Shown: positions 26,720 to 37,970, numbered from the stretch's first letter. The stretch is 64,000 nucleotides of DNA from an uncultured virus (IMG/VR IMGVR_UViG_3300009507_000015) (IMGVR_UViG_3300009507_000015), one strand, 5' to 3'. Made by a program: numbers and translations. The notes: generated by a model not told the origin, from the letters alone.

Positions 26720-27907
26720 ATGCGTAATAGAAAATTTAGAATTCACTTGCTAGGATTACCTCACACTAAAACTACATTAGATTTTACTGCATGTGCTTAT
26801 ACAATGAAGGCATGGAAATTTTGTAAAATGATGAAAGGTAGAGGTCATCACTTAATGCATTATGGTCATGAAGAATCTAACCCATGTGCTGACGAAAACA
26901 TTCCTGTAATTACAGCAGAGAAATGGGATAAGGTTTACGGTGAGCATGATTTTCATAGTAAATTTTTTAAATTTGATGTAAATGATGATGCATATCAAGA
27001 ATTCTACAAAAATGCAATTGCTGAAATAGAAAAAAGAAAACAACCCGGTGATATAATTTTACCATTTTGGGGTGGTGGTGTTAGACCAATATGTGATGCT
27101 CATCCAGATCTTACTGTAATTGAACCCGGTATAGGATATGCACATGGTCATTGGGCTAACTTTAAAATATTTGAATCTTATTCAATATATCATGCATTTT
27201 GTGGTTTAGATAATGTAGGTACATGTAATCAACATTGGTATGATATTGTTATTCCTAATTATTTTGATTTAGATGAATTTGAATATTCTGACAAAAAAGA
27301 AGATTACTTTTTATTTGTAGGTAGGGTATATGATGGTAAAGGTCTTAATATTGCAATTCAAGCAACACAAGCAATAGGAGCAAAATTAAAAGTAGCAGGT
27401 CAATTATCAGGCCACTATGCAGAACCAGATTTTGTATGGCCAGATAATGTAGAGTTTATGGGTTATGTTGGAATGGAAGATCGTAAAAATTTAATGAAAG
27501 GTGCTATAGCATCATTCTTACCATCTATGTATGTTGAACCTTTTGGGGGAGTTCAAATTGAAAACTTACTTTGTGGTACGCCAACTATTACTACTGATTG
27601 GGGTGCATTTACAGAAAATAATATTCCAGGTGTTACTGGTTATAGATGTAGAACTTTTGATGAATTTGTACAAGCCGCAACTAATTGCAAAAATGGTGTA
27701 ATAAAATCTAGTGACTGTAGAGCTCATGGTGAAAAATTCTCTTTAGAAAATATTGCACCTAGGTATGAAACATTTTTTAACGATGTATTAGATATATCTG
27801 GATATGAAGGATGGTATGCAATACAAGATCCATCTATTTATGATCCTAAATACTTAGCAACTCGAGGATATGCACCTGACGGATCTAAACTAGAAAAAAA
27901 AAGCTAA
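26720..27907 (+). CDS. GT-B (GT4-like) glycosyltransferase
   Basis: FLFVGR...KG, EPFGGVQIE..LCGTP. Confidence 0.88.
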   Translation: MRNRKFRIHLLGLPHTKTTLDFTACAYTMKAWKFCKMMKGRGHHLMHYGHEESNPCADENIPVITAEKWDKVYGEHDFHSKFFKFDVNDDAYQEFYKNAIAEIEKRKQPGDIILPFWGGGVRPICDAHPDLTVIEPGIGYAHGHWANFKIFESYSIYHAFCGLDNVGTCNQHWYDIVIPNYFDLDEFEYSDKKEDYFLFVGRVYDGKGLNIAIQATQAIGAKLKVAGQLSGHYAEPDFVWPDNVEFMGYVGMEDRKNLMKGAIASFLPSMYVEPFGGVQIENLLCGTPTITTDWGAFTENNIPGVTGYRCRTFDEFVQAATNCKNGVIKSSDCRAHGEKFSLENIAPRYETFFNDVLDISGYEGWYAIQDPSIYDPKYLATRGYAPDGSKLEKKS

Positions 27908-28815
27908 AGCCTAAATTAGCAATATGGACTGAAGGCGGCTGGTCTTTAGGGAAGGTTTACAAAGGTTTAAAAGATTCCTTAGATTTTAAATACGATATAG
28001 ATTTTTATGACTGGAGTAATAATGACGGTAATAAAAGACTATGGACTGATGGGGCATGGAAAGATTACGATGCTATCCTAGGTAACACTGCATTAACATT
28101 TTGGCCAGAAGAATTAGGCTATTTAGAAAAATTACCCCAAGAAGCATTAGATAAAATGATTATAGGAATCTGGGCTAATTTAAATTTAAATAATGCTCAT
28201 TTTATGGAAAGGATTAAATATACCGAAGGTCCTATGTTCCACTGCGTAAACGAAGAAATACAAAAAAGTGCAAAAGAAAAATATAATGTTACTGCTACTT
28301 TAGTTAAAGCAGGTAAACCTACCGCTGACTTTACTCAATTTAAAACTATTAAAAAAATATCAACATTAGGACTAAACGGTAATCCTCAAATTGGAGAAGC
28401 ATGGTGCCAAGTAAAAAGACCAGATATGTTTAAAGAAATTGCAGAAAAATCAGGATGCAAATATTCTTTCATATTTAATTCCCCAGAAAAAGATAATAAA
28501 ATTTATAAAGACATAGACATGTATGTATGCACGAGTACATACGAATCTGGGCCGGCTGGTATTATGGAATGTGCTTTAAGTAAAATGCCAGTTATATCAA
28601 CTAACACTGGTCATGGTAAAAATATAAAATCTATAAAAACATTTGAAACTGTTGATGAAGCAGTATCAATTATTAATGAATTAAATTCATCACCTGAATT
28701 ACTTCATAATTATATTGAGGAGGTATATAATGAAGTTATCGAAGAATATGATTGGTCTACGGTTACTCCTAAATATTGGATTCCTTTAATAGACAAACTC
28801 TTAAACAAATCATAA
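27889..28815 (+). CDS. Second GT-B-like domain; frame open from 27889 with no start codon before 28156, probably fused to the upstream GT by slippage
   Basis: Upstream in-frame KLAIWTEGGWSLGKVY; C-terminal ESGPAGIMECALSKMPVIST. Confidence 0.7.
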   Translation, partial: TRKKKLKPKLAIWTEGGWSLGKVYKGLKDSLDFKYDIDFYDWSNNDGNKRLWTDGAWKDYDAILGNTALTFWPEELGYLEKLPQEALDKMIIGIWANLNLNNAHFMERIKYTEGPMFHCVNEEIQKSAKEKYNVTATLVKAGKPTADFTQFKTIKKISTLGLNGNPQIGEAWCQVKRPDMFKEIAEKSGCKYSFIFNSPEKDNKIYKDIDMYVCTSTYESGPAGIMECALSKMPVISTNTGHGKNIKSIKTFETVDEAVSIINELNSSPELLHNYIEEVYNEVIEEYDWSTVTPKYWIPLIDKLLNKS

Positions 28816-28845
28816 ATTTTACATATAAAAATAAACAAAAATAAT

Positions 28846-30051
28846 ATGGCAAAGGAATTCTCATTCGCAGATTTAAACAAAGAAATGTCAAAGATATCCG
28901 AGTACGGAAATACTTTAGACAAATCAACAATTTCAGAAATTGATCATTATATACCTACTGGTAATTATCATTTAAATGCATGCTTAACAGGTTCTTTATT
29001 TGGAGGTTATCCTAATAATAGAGCAGTGGCATTAGCAGGACCGTCAGGTACAGGAAAAACTTATCTTATTTTAAATGCAATTAAACAAGCACAAAGACAA
29101 GGATATAGTATTATATTTTATGATTCAGAAAATGCAGTAGATAAATCATTAGTTGAAAAATTTGGTATTGATGCTTCAAAATTTAGATATGAACCTTGTA
29201 ATACCGTTCAAGAATTTAGAAGTTCAGTTACTGCTATTACTGATGTTTTAATTGAACAAAAGAAAAAAGGAATTGCATTACCTAAAATAATGGTAGTCTT
29301 AGATTCTGCTGGTAACCTTGCAACACAAAAAGAAATTGATGATGCAAAAACTGGAAGTAGTAAAGCTGATATGACAAGAGCCAAATTGTTAAAATCTACC
29401 TTTAGGATTATTATGACACAGTTTGGTATTTGTAAAATTCCTTTCTTATTTACAAATCATACATACCAAACACAAGATTTATTCTCTAGACAAGTTGGAG
29501 GAGGTGGTACAGGACCAGAATATGCCGCATCTATTATTTTATTTTTAGGTAAAGCAAAACTTAAAGAAGGTGTAGAGCAAACAGGAATTATTGTAACTGC
29601 AAAACCAAATAAAAATAGATTTGCAAAACCAACAAATATTAAATTTCATATTTCTTTTAATAAAGGTATGAATGCTTATGTAGGTTTAGAAGAATATATC
29701 AGCTGGGATACTTGCGGTATTGAAAGAGGGAGATTTATTACTGAAGGTCAATTTAATAAATTAACAGATATAGGTAAAGCTGAATGTAGAAAACATTCTT
29801 TTAAGAAAGATAAAAAAGATGTTACTGTTTATTTTCAACCTGCAGCAACTGCTCGTAAAATTTGTGTAAAACATTTAAATGATTCTGTAGATTTAAATAA
29901 ATTATATACACCAGAAGTTTTAACTGAAGATGTTCTAAAATTAATTGAACCTGTTGTAAATGAAAAATTTACATACGGGGATGAATTAGATCAAGAAGAA
30001 TTAGGAAATATAATTACTGAAACAGTTGATGATGTTGCCGAAAACTCTTAA
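28846..30051 (+). CDS. uvsX: UvsX/RecA-like recombinase
   Basis: GPSGTGKT, YDSE, VLDS, DMTRAK, GGG. Confidence 0.92.
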   Translation: MAKEFSFADLNKEMSKISEYGNTLDKSTISEIDHYIPTGNYHLNACLTGSLFGGYPNNRAVALAGPSGTGKTYLILNAIKQAQRQGYSIIFYDSENAVDKSLVEKFGIDASKFRYEPCNTVQEFRSSVTAITDVLIEQKKKGIALPKIMVVLDSAGNLATQKEIDDAKTGSSKADMTRAKLLKSTFRIIMTQFGICKIPFLFTNHTYQTQDLFSRQVGGGGTGPEYAASIILFLGKAKLKEGVEQTGIIVTAKPNKNRFAKPTNIKFHISFNKGMNAYVGLEEYISWDTCGIERGRFITEGQFNKLTDIGKAECRKHSFKKDKKDVTVYFQPAATARKICVKHLNDSVDLNKLYTPEVLTEDVLKLIEPVVNEKFTYGDELDQEELGNIITETVDDVAENS

Positions 30052-30331
30052 TACAGCTAAACTTAAAGTAAAGTATGTATTAGGAAACCACACAACATTA
30101 CCACAATACCCTGATGCTGAAGATGTACTTTTTGAATTAATACGAGATTATTGTGGAAAGGTTGCTAAAGAGATAAAATTTACAAACGTCTCAATGGCAA
30201 AGCGATGGAACCTATCTAAAGAACAGTGTGATGTTATTTTAAAACAATTATTAAAACATAATTTTTTAGAAATATCTTTACAAAATTCTGCATATACTAC
30301 TTATGAGGTAATCTATAATCCTTATCAATAA
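30029..30331 (+). CDS. Hypothetical protein, possible winged helix
   Basis: ORF track; HTH-like C-terminal pattern. Confidence 0.55.
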   Translation: MMLPKTLNTAKLKVKYVLGNHTTLPQYPDAEDVLFELIRDYCGKVAKEIKFTNVSMAKRWNLSKEQCDVILKQLLKHNFLEISLQNSAYTTYEVIYNPYQ

Positions 30332-30369
30332 AACTAATTATGTTTTTTAGCATATAAAAATAAAACTAC

Positions 30370-31656
30370 ATGAAATCAAGCATAGATCACGAAAAGATTT
30401 TCTTTAACTATTTTTTAACAAAGCCGCATTACCTTAAAGGAACAGGTAAAGGCTTTTTTGCAAATAGTGATTTAGATCAAATTGCAAAATTATCAAAAGA
30501 CTTTTATTTAAAATTTGGTGAAAGCCCATCTAAGCAACAGATGTCTGCTTTGGTTAAAGATGATCCTAATGAAATATCTCAAGATATTGTAAAATCTGTT
30601 TTTGATATTAACATTAATGAATATGACCAAGATTGGTTAAAAAGAACTGGTGAAGCGTGGGTTAAATGGAAACATTTTGATAAACAGTTAGTAAGAACAA
30701 TTGAATATGTAAAAACTCAAGATGTATCTCCTGAAAATGTAGAAGATGTAGTTCAGCGCGCAATAGGAATGATTTCTACTGATGGTTCAATTAATTTTGA
30801 TACAGATACAGGTTTAGATTTTTTTAATCCTGAATCACATGTACAAAGAACATCAAAGAAAATAGAGACAGGTTGGAGTTTTGTTGATAGAGTATCTGGT
30901 GGAGGTTATGATACAAAGTCATTAATTGTTTATGCAGGAGAACAAAATATTGGTAAATCTATATGGTTAGCTAATGATGCAGCTAACTTTGTTAAGATGG
31001 GCCATAATGTAGTTTTTATTACAGCAGAGATGTCGGCTCAAAAAGTATTAAAAAGAATAGGTGCTAATCTTTTACATGTACCTATGAGTGATTACGATAA
31101 AAATGCAAGTAACAGAGATTATATGAAAAGAAAATTGGAGAAAGTATCTCGAGGTTTATTACCTCCAGGTAAATTATTTGTTAAAGAATATCCAACTTCT
31201 CAAGGGACTATACCAGATATTGAAGCTTACTTAAAAGACTTAGAAGAAAACACCGATCATAAAGTAAATGTATTAGTTGTAGATTATATTAATATTCTTG
31301 CAAATTATAGAAATCCTAATACTGAAAATACTTATATGAAGATTAAGCAAATAGCCGAAGATCTTAGAGCATTAGCAGTTAAACGAGATATGTTAGTTAT
31401 ATCTGCAACTCAAATTAATCGTGGTGCATGGGATGCAACTGAAGTAAGAATGGAAAATATAGCAGAATCAGCAGGTCTTGCTCATACTGCTGATGTAATG
31501 TATGCACTGATACAAGATTCTGTAATGCATGCCGAGCGCGAATATTGGTTAAAGGTTTTAAAAATTAGAGATGGTCAAGGAAAAGGATCAAGATGTAGGT
31601 TTAATATTGACTATGAACACATGAGATTAACGGAAACGGATGATATCTCAGGATAA
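30370..31656 (+). CDS. gp41: Replicative DnaB-type helicase (gp41-like)
   Basis: GEQNIGKS, TAEM, VDYIN, ATQINR, AESAG. Confidence 0.92.
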   Translation: MKSSIDHEKIFFNYFLTKPHYLKGTGKGFFANSDLDQIAKLSKDFYLKFGESPSKQQMSALVKDDPNEISQDIVKSVFDININEYDQDWLKRTGEAWVKWKHFDKQLVRTIEYVKTQDVSPENVEDVVQRAIGMISTDGSINFDTDTGLDFFNPESHVQRTSKKIETGWSFVDRVSGGGYDTKSLIVYAGEQNIGKSIWLANDAANFVKMGHNVVFITAEMSAQKVLKRIGANLLHVPMSDYDKNASNRDYMKRKLEKVSRGLLPPGKLFVKEYPTSQGTIPDIEAYLKDLEENTDHKVNVLVVDYINILANYRNPNTENTYMKIKQIAEDLRALAVKRDMLVISATQINRGAWDATEVRMENIAESAGLAHTADVMYALIQDSVMHAEREYWLKVLKIRDGQGKGSRCRFNIDYEHMRLTETDDISG

Positions 31657-31675
31657 TAATAAAATATAAAATAAT

Positions 31676-32170
31676 ATGTGGGGAAAAAAGAAAAAAGCTC
31701 TTACCAAAGGAGAAGATGATAAACAATCAAAGTTTGTAGAAAAAGATAAGATCTTTAATAATACATACGGAGAACAAGACTTAGGAGGCCAAAAGATAAA
31801 CTTTACAGTTTCATCTTCATGGTTAGACAGTATGGATCCAGATGATAAACAACATTATGATTCATTATTTGAAGTAATTGATAACTTGATTAAAGGGAGT
31901 GAATTTGAGCATCTTAATGAAGCAACACCAGACGGTGTAATAAAAAAATTAAATAAGGTGCAAATTAATAAAGTATTTTTCTACATTATAGAAAATACTG
32001 GAAGCTCTTATACAAGAATAGATTTATTTAGTGTTCTTTCAGATTATTTTGATGTATTCCCTAATAAATTCTATAATTCATTATCTAATAAATTTAAAGA
32101 TGAACTTATTAAAGAATTAGATGCAAAATACAATATTTTAGAAAAAAGAAAAATCAGAAAATTATTTTAA
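31676..32170 (+). CDS. Hypothetical protein
   Basis: ORF track. Confidence 0.65.
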   Translation: MWGKKKKALTKGEDDKQSKFVEKDKIFNNTYGEQDLGGQKINFTVSSSWLDSMDPDDKQHYDSLFEVIDNLIKGSEFEHLNEATPDGVIKKLNKVQINKVFFYIIENTGSSYTRIDLFSVLSDYFDVFPNKFYNSLSNKFKDELIKELDAKYNILEKRKIRKLF

Positions 32171-32171
32171 T

Positions 32172-33260
32172 ATGGCAAAGAGAATATGGATGGTATCTGA
32201 TTCCCATTTAGGCTGTAGATCAAATTCTGTTTTGTGGCTTAAAATAATTGAAGATTACTTTTTTGAATTTTTTATACCTTTAGTTAAAAAAGAATATAAA
32301 AAAGGTGATGTTCTTTATCATTTAGGTGATGTGTTTGACAATAGACAGAGCGTTAATTTAGCAGCCCAAGATTTAGCTATTAGAGTATTTGAAGAATTAG
32401 GAAAAATATTTCCAGATATTCATATCATTGTAGGTAATCATGATATAATGAGAAAGAATTCAAATGAAATTTCATCGGTTGATTGTTTAAAGTATTTACC
32501 TAATGTTACAGTATTAAAAGAACCTAGAATTTTAAAGTATGATAATGCCACTTGTTTATTAATGCCGTGGAGAAGAAATCATGAACATGAAAAAGAAACA
32601 TTAGATTCAATAAAAGAAAATATTGATTATATGTTTTGTCACACTGAAACTCAAGGTGTTCAAACCAGCCCAAGCACAAAACATTTACATAATGGTGGTA
32701 ATGCAGTAGGTGTATTTAAAAGATTTAAAAGAGTTTATTCTGGACATATTCATTACAGACAAGATAAAGAAAACTTTGTACTTGTAGGAAATCCTTACCA
32801 AATGACTAGATCCGATAGAGACAACCAAAAAGGTATTTACTTATTAGACTTAGAATCAGGTAATCATAAATTCTATGAAAACAAATTAAGCCCTACTTTC
32901 CTTAGGTATTACATTAATGAAATATTAGAAATGAGAATGGAAGATATTGAGGCTGCTATAAAAAATAATTTTGTAGATATCTTTATTCCTTCAAATGTAT
33001 TAGGTAAGTATAATATTAATATGTTTATGGATTATCTTGATGGTATAGCTAGAAAATTAGAACCAAGAATTTATGATGAGGATAATCCTTACGATACAGA
33101 AGATGGTGAATTATCAGATTTTAATGGAGAAATGAATTTAATGAATATTGCAGCAGAGCATATAAATTCTTTAGATTATGATGAGGATTTAAAGGAAAGA
33201 TTAAAAGTATCAGTACAAGAATTATATAAAAGAACATTATCTCCAAGCTATGAAGATTAA
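32172..33260 (+). CDS. gp47: Recombination endonuclease subunit (Mre11/SbcD-like)
   Basis: DSHLG, GDVFD, GNHD, GHIH. Confidence 0.92.
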   Translation: MAKRIWMVSDSHLGCRSNSVLWLKIIEDYFFEFFIPLVKKEYKKGDVLYHLGDVFDNRQSVNLAAQDLAIRVFEELGKIFPDIHIIVGNHDIMRKNSNEISSVDCLKYLPNVTVLKEPRILKYDNATCLLMPWRRNHEHEKETLDSIKENIDYMFCHTETQGVQTSPSTKHLHNGGNAVGVFKRFKRVYSGHIHYRQDKENFVLVGNPYQMTRSDRDNQKGIYLLDLESGNHKFYENKLSPTFLRYYINEILEMRMEDIEAAIKNNFVDIFIPSNVLGKYNINMFMDYLDGIARKLEPRIYDEDNPYDTEDGELSDFNGEMNLMNIAAEHINSLDYDEDLKERLKVSVQELYKRTLSPSYED

Positions 33261-34920
33261 AAAAGTAGAGTTTAAGAATTTTGCAAGTTATGGAAATAGA
33301 TTGCAAGTTATAGATTTTGAAGAAGGCAAAAGCAACTTATATTTAGTACTCGGTGGAAATGGTGCAGGCAAGAGTACATTAGCAAAGGTAATAACATATA
33401 TGTGTTATGGTAAAGTTGAAGGCTCAACCTTAAAGGATTTACCTAATAGAGTTAACAGCGAACTATACGGAAGAATATGGTTAGAATCAAAAGGTAATAA
33501 AATTGAAATTGAGCGAGGTATTAACCCAGGCATTTTTAATGTTAAGATTAATGGAGCTGAATATGATGTAGCTGGTAAAGTAAATTTACAAGAATTTTTA
33601 GAAACAGAAATTTATGAAATACCTTATCATGTTTTTAAGAATGTAATTATATTATCAGTTAATGATTTTAAATCTTTCATCACAATGTCTCCTTATGATA
33701 AGAAAAGAATCATAGATAAGATATTCGGCTTCTCTGTTATAAATGAAATGGCTGAAGCAGTTAAAGAACAGCGCCGAGGTATCATTGATGAAATAAGAAC
33801 CTATGAAGATGAAATAAGAACTCTTAATGAATCTATAGGATCTGTTTATGATAAAATTGAACAGATTGAATTACTAACTGAAGAAAAGGATAAATCTAAA
33901 GTTAAGAAATTAAAAACAGATTTAATTGCTCTAAATGAAAATAGAAAAAAATTAAACCAAGTTACTAAAAATACAAAAATAAAATTAGAAGAATTAGATT
34001 TAGATTCTAGAAATAAGTCAACTGAACATTCTACAGTTAAGCATAAAATTTCTAATATTAAAAAAGATTTAAAATTATTTGAAAATTCAACATGCCCTAC
34101 ATGTACTGCACCATTAACTTCTGATTTTCATTTAGATATTAAAAAAGAAAAAGAAGAATCTTTAATATCTTTAGAAGAACATTTTAAAACTACTGAAAAA
34201 GAATATGAAGATTCTGTTACAAAATTAGATGACCTAAGAATAAAAGGAAGGCAAATACATGTAAGAGCTGGCCAATTAGAAACTCAAATGGAAAATTTAA
34301 AATCCAAATTAATAGAATTAGCCGAAAAGGATGAATCTGATTCTTCAACTAATTTAAAACAATTGGTAAAAGATTTTAAAATTCGTAAAGATGATAAGAC
34401 CTCTGGTAAATTAAAAAGTGAAAGTGAAGATTATTATTTAACTATTCTTGAAAATTTAATGGGTGAAGGTGGAATTAAAAATTTAGCAGTAAGATCTATA
34501 CTCCCTTCTTTTAATAATCATATACTTCTAATGGGTAGAGAAATGGGAATTCCATTCGGTATAAGATTTGATGACAAATTTAATTGTACACTTCATCACT
34601 TAGGAGCTGAAATAAGTCCAAAGACTTTAAGCACAGGTGAAAAGAAAAAAGTAGACTTTGTAATTATTATGGCATTGATGAAAATGATTAAAGTTAGATT
34701 CCCATCTCTAAATATTTTATTCTTAGATGAAATATTTTCTTCTATTGATTCAGATGGTGTATATCATATAATTAATATACTGCATGATACTATACAAGAT
34801 ATAGGATTAAATACCTTTGTGATTAATCATACAGTATTACCTAGTGAATATTTTGATAAAAAGTTAGAAATTACAAAAGATGCAGGCTTTAGTGAATTTA
34901 CAATTGAATCTATTGGATAA
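33250..34920 (+). CDS. gp46: Recombination ATPase subunit (Rad50/SbcC-like)
   Basis: GGNGAGKS, CPTC hook, LSTGE, FLDE. Confidence 0.93.
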   Translation: MKIKKVEFKNFASYGNRLQVIDFEEGKSNLYLVLGGNGAGKSTLAKVITYMCYGKVEGSTLKDLPNRVNSELYGRIWLESKGNKIEIERGINPGIFNVKINGAEYDVAGKVNLQEFLETEIYEIPYHVFKNVIILSVNDFKSFITMSPYDKKRIIDKIFGFSVINEMAEAVKEQRRGIIDEIRTYEDEIRTLNESIGSVYDKIEQIELLTEEKDKSKVKKLKTDLIALNENRKKLNQVTKNTKIKLEELDLDSRNKSTEHSTVKHKISNIKKDLKLFENSTCPTCTAPLTSDFHLDIKKEKEESLISLEEHFKTTEKEYEDSVTKLDDLRIKGRQIHVRAGQLETQMENLKSKLIELAEKDESDSSTNLKQLVKDFKIRKDDKTSGKLKSESEDYYLTILENLMGEGGIKNLAVRSILPSFNNHILLMGREMGIPFGIRFDDKFNCTLHHLGAEISPKTLSTGEKKKVDFVIIMALMKMIKVRFPSLNILFLDEIFSSIDSDGVYHIINILHDTIQDIGLNTFVINHTVLPSEYFDKKLEITKDAGFSEFTIESIG

Positions 34921-34951
34921 ATATAATACAAGAAAAAATTAAACATGACTA

Positions 34952-35953
34952 ATGTCAGCATATAATCAAGAGTTTAATAAGGACAATACTATACTGCGTT
35001 ATATTATAGTAGCTCTTTTAGCAGAACTAAAAGATAAAGTTTATTATTATAATCAAATAGATGAAGATACTTTAAAGAAAATACCAGTTCCTTTCTTTTA
35101 TTCAATTACAGGAGATGGTAGATTTTTAATGGATAACTTTCTGTTTGATGCAGAAGCAGCAGGTAAAGCTATAGGTGACTACGAAAGAGTACCAAGAGGT
35201 ATAATACAATTAACTGGCATATCCATAGATTCAGGTAACCAAACAAATAAGTTCGCTAGAGGTGAGTTTGTACAAGAATGGGAAGGTATTTTAAAAACAT
35301 TCTCAATGGAAACTAATTTTCTTCCACTTAATATATCTTTTGATTGTACAGTTGTATGTTCATCTAATCTAGAAATGTTAAAGGTTACAGAATCTTTAAT
35401 GAGTAAAATTTATAAAAATACCCTTTTCCAAGTTGATTTAGGTATGATGAGAGTACAGGCTAGTTTTGCTGTTCCTGAAGATTATTCTCAAAATAGATTA
35501 TTTGAATTTCAGTTAAATGACAAAAAAGAATGGAGTGTAACATTTCCTATTGAAGTAGCTTCATTTATGCCAGTATTTGAAAGTGGTATTTTAATTCCTG
35601 AAATAAGCCTTATGACTAAGGAAGCTATTAAAGCTAATCCGACTGCGCAGGGTGTAGGAATGTTAAGATCAGGTTCTGATAATGAATTAGGTATTTACTT
35701 TGGTGGAATATTCCAGAAATTTGAATACACTAGTGAAAGCATATTAAAAGTTCAACCTAGTGGATTACTTAGTAATAAAGGATATATTAATCCTGATTCA
35801 ATACAAACTGGGGGACCTTATATAGATGCAAATATAACATCTGCTCCTATAGTACCTGAATCAGCTGAAAGCCGTACTTATAGGAATGCTAATGCTAAAC
35901 CTGATGTAGAAGAATCAGGATTAGGTAGTGTTGATTCTGGATTTGATGGATAA
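34952..35953 (+). CDS. Tail completion/sheath stabiliser (gp15-like)
   Basis: IPVPFFY, VPRG and PLNISF pattern similar to T4 gp15; late-type promoter upstream. Confidence 0.6.
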   Translation: MSAYNQEFNKDNTILRYIIVALLAELKDKVYYYNQIDEDTLKKIPVPFFYSITGDGRFLMDNFLFDAEAAGKAIGDYERVPRGIIQLTGISIDSGNQTNKFARGEFVQEWEGILKTFSMETNFLPLNISFDCTVVCSSNLEMLKVTESLMSKIYKNTLFQVDLGMMRVQASFAVPEDYSQNRLFEFQLNDKKEWSVTFPIEVASFMPVFESGILIPEISLMTKEAIKANPTAQGVGMLRSGSDNELGIYFGGIFQKFEYTSESILKVQPSGLLSNKGYINPDSIQTGGPYIDANITSAPIVPESAESRTYRNANAKPDVEESGLGSVDSGFDG

Positions 35954-36004
35954 ACAATTAATCAAAGAGACTTATAATATATAAAACAAATCAAATAGTG
36001 TAAT

Positions 36005-37903
36005 ATGGAAAACACAATGAACGAAGGACAAACACAAGTTTATGCAGATGGGGCAATTGATGCTCAACCTGGTGTAAATACTGGAGCCCTTTACCTTAAT
36101 AACCCTAAGCAACAATTAATGGATATAATCCATGTATTGTTTAGCCAAAGTGGTAAAATGTCAGATATGGCTCCAACAGGAGATAATATTGATGGAAAGA
36201 TAACTCACGGTGGTGCTATGACAGATCAACAAGTTATGGCAATCTTAGTAGGAATGGGTATTCCACAGCAAATGGCAATGAGCGGTATTGCAAAGTATCG
36301 TGAAAGCATGCCAGATCAATCCGATATATACACTGAAAATAATAATCAAAAAAATCATAACAAAATGAAATTTACATTAACAGACCTGTACGAAAACGTT
36401 ATGGATAGCATTAATGGATTGAAGGCAATGGATAATGACAATTCCAGAGTTTCGTATTCTGTTAAAGAATCTCTAACTATTTTGGAAGAAGCATTAACTG
36501 CATTTCCAATGAAACTTAAAAATGCTGACTTATCTGCAATTAGTGAAGAACTAGAAAATTCAGTTAGTCCGGACCTTAAGTTTAAAATTGCAAGAAACTT
36601 ATACTCTAGGTTAGCTCAATCAACTTGGTTAAATCCAATTTCTGAATTAAGAGAGTATATAATGGAATCATATAATAATGCTAAATGGGAATTTAGAATT
36701 AGTGAATCTATTGAAAGAACTGAAAATCAAAAAGGAAAATTAATGGAATCATTTAATTCTGATTTAGTTTCTTTATTAAATGAATCAGATGTAAAATCTA
36801 AATTTGCTGCTGTTGCTGCAAAACACCCATGGTCAATGGATGCTAAGCAAATAGTAAATGAAATGAATGCTGAAGATCAAAAAGTTGCATCTACTGCAAA
36901 TGGTAAAGTTGTATCTGTTCTTTCTCCAGTATTAGAATCTGAAGAAGGATTAACATTCCACTTACATGGAAAGAATTATACTTATAATGGAACTGACATT
37001 ACTGAAGCTAATGTAACTGATCCAAGATTCTTCGATGTATGTGAAGGTTTAAATATGTTCTCAAGAAATGCAAACATTCTTTCATTACATGGTGAAAATG
37101 GTAAATCATTAGAATACAATATTACTGAAGGTACTTTAACAATGGGTAAAGTTGATATGACTAATTATAGTATCATTGAATTAAAAGAAGCTTTATTAGC
37201 AACTAATTTCTCAGGGTATAGAAATCAATGGCAAAATGATAAAATCTGTAAATTCTTTGAATCTGTTGATTTAATCGCTGAAATGGATAATTTCACAACA
37301 GTACAAAATCAAGAATTCTTAGATGTATTTTTAACAATGATTGGAGTAAGTGAAGGTATTTACATTAATAAAGTAAATCCTGGAATGAACTTAAATGAAA
37401 TGTCAAAAATTGATACTGCTACTGAAACTGTTGAAATAGTAAAAGAATTTATTAACTTTGATGTTTCTCCAATTCTTTCAGAAAGATTAATTGCTGAAGA
37501 TAATGACAAAGCAATAGAAGAAAATAAAAGAAAAGATCTTACTGATTCAATTTCTTTCCTAGAAGAAAAGAAATCTGAAGTTGAAGCTGCTATTAAAAAG
37601 TTAGGTGAAACTGAAGAATTAACTGAAGCTTTAAATTTATTAGCCGAAGAGTTAAAAGGAAAAGAAAAAGAATTAGCTGATTCATATATTTCTGAAAAAA
37701 AAACTAAAGACGACTATTTAAATGATGGCTTCGTAGAAGCATCAGTTAAAAAAGCTGGCCAAGGTTTAAAAAAGAGACAAGAAGTATTAGTTAATGCTGA
37801 AGAGTATGCTTCTCTAGGTGATGATGATTTACTAAGTATTATAATTCCTAAAACAGGAAAGAGTATTGTACTTCCTAAAGAAGATTTAGAGGTTAAGATT
37901 TAA
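36005..37903 (+). CDS. Acidic hypothetical protein, probably virion-associated
   Basis: Late-type promoter; several [LI]xE-S sites; C-terminal coiled coil. Confidence 0.6.
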   Translation: MENTMNEGQTQVYADGAIDAQPGVNTGALYLNNPKQQLMDIIHVLFSQSGKMSDMAPTGDNIDGKITHGGAMTDQQVMAILVGMGIPQQMAMSGIAKYRESMPDQSDIYTENNNQKNHNKMKFTLTDLYENVMDSINGLKAMDNDNSRVSYSVKESLTILEEALTAFPMKLKNADLSAISEELENSVSPDLKFKIARNLYSRLAQSTWLNPISELREYIMESYNNAKWEFRISESIERTENQKGKLMESFNSDLVSLLNESDVKSKFAAVAAKHPWSMDAKQIVNEMNAEDQKVASTANGKVVSVLSPVLESEEGLTFHLHGKNYTYNGTDITEANVTDPRFFDVCEGLNMFSRNANILSLHGENGKSLEYNITEGTLTMGKVDMTNYSIIELKEALLATNFSGYRNQWQNDKICKFFESVDLIAEMDNFTTVQNQEFLDVFLTMIGVSEGIYINKVNPGMNLNEMSKIDTATETVEIVKEFINFDVSPILSERLIAEDNDKAIEENKRKDLTDSISFLEEKKSEVEAAIKKLGETEELTEALNLLAEELKGKEKELADSYISEKKTKDDYLNDGFVEASVKKAGQGLKKRQEVLVNAEEYASLGDDDLLSIIIPKTGKSIVLPKEDLEVKI

Positions 37904-37935
37904 TCTGTAAATACATTCTAGTTTAATATAATTAG

Positions 37936-37970
37936 AGGACCGATTGAAATTAAACAATCGGTCCTTTCTT
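37936..37970 (+). terminator. 11-bp perfect hairpin overlapping the promoter of the gp55-like gene
   Basis: aggaccgattg (37936-37946) / caatcggtcct (37955-37965), then ttctt. Confidence 0.65.
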
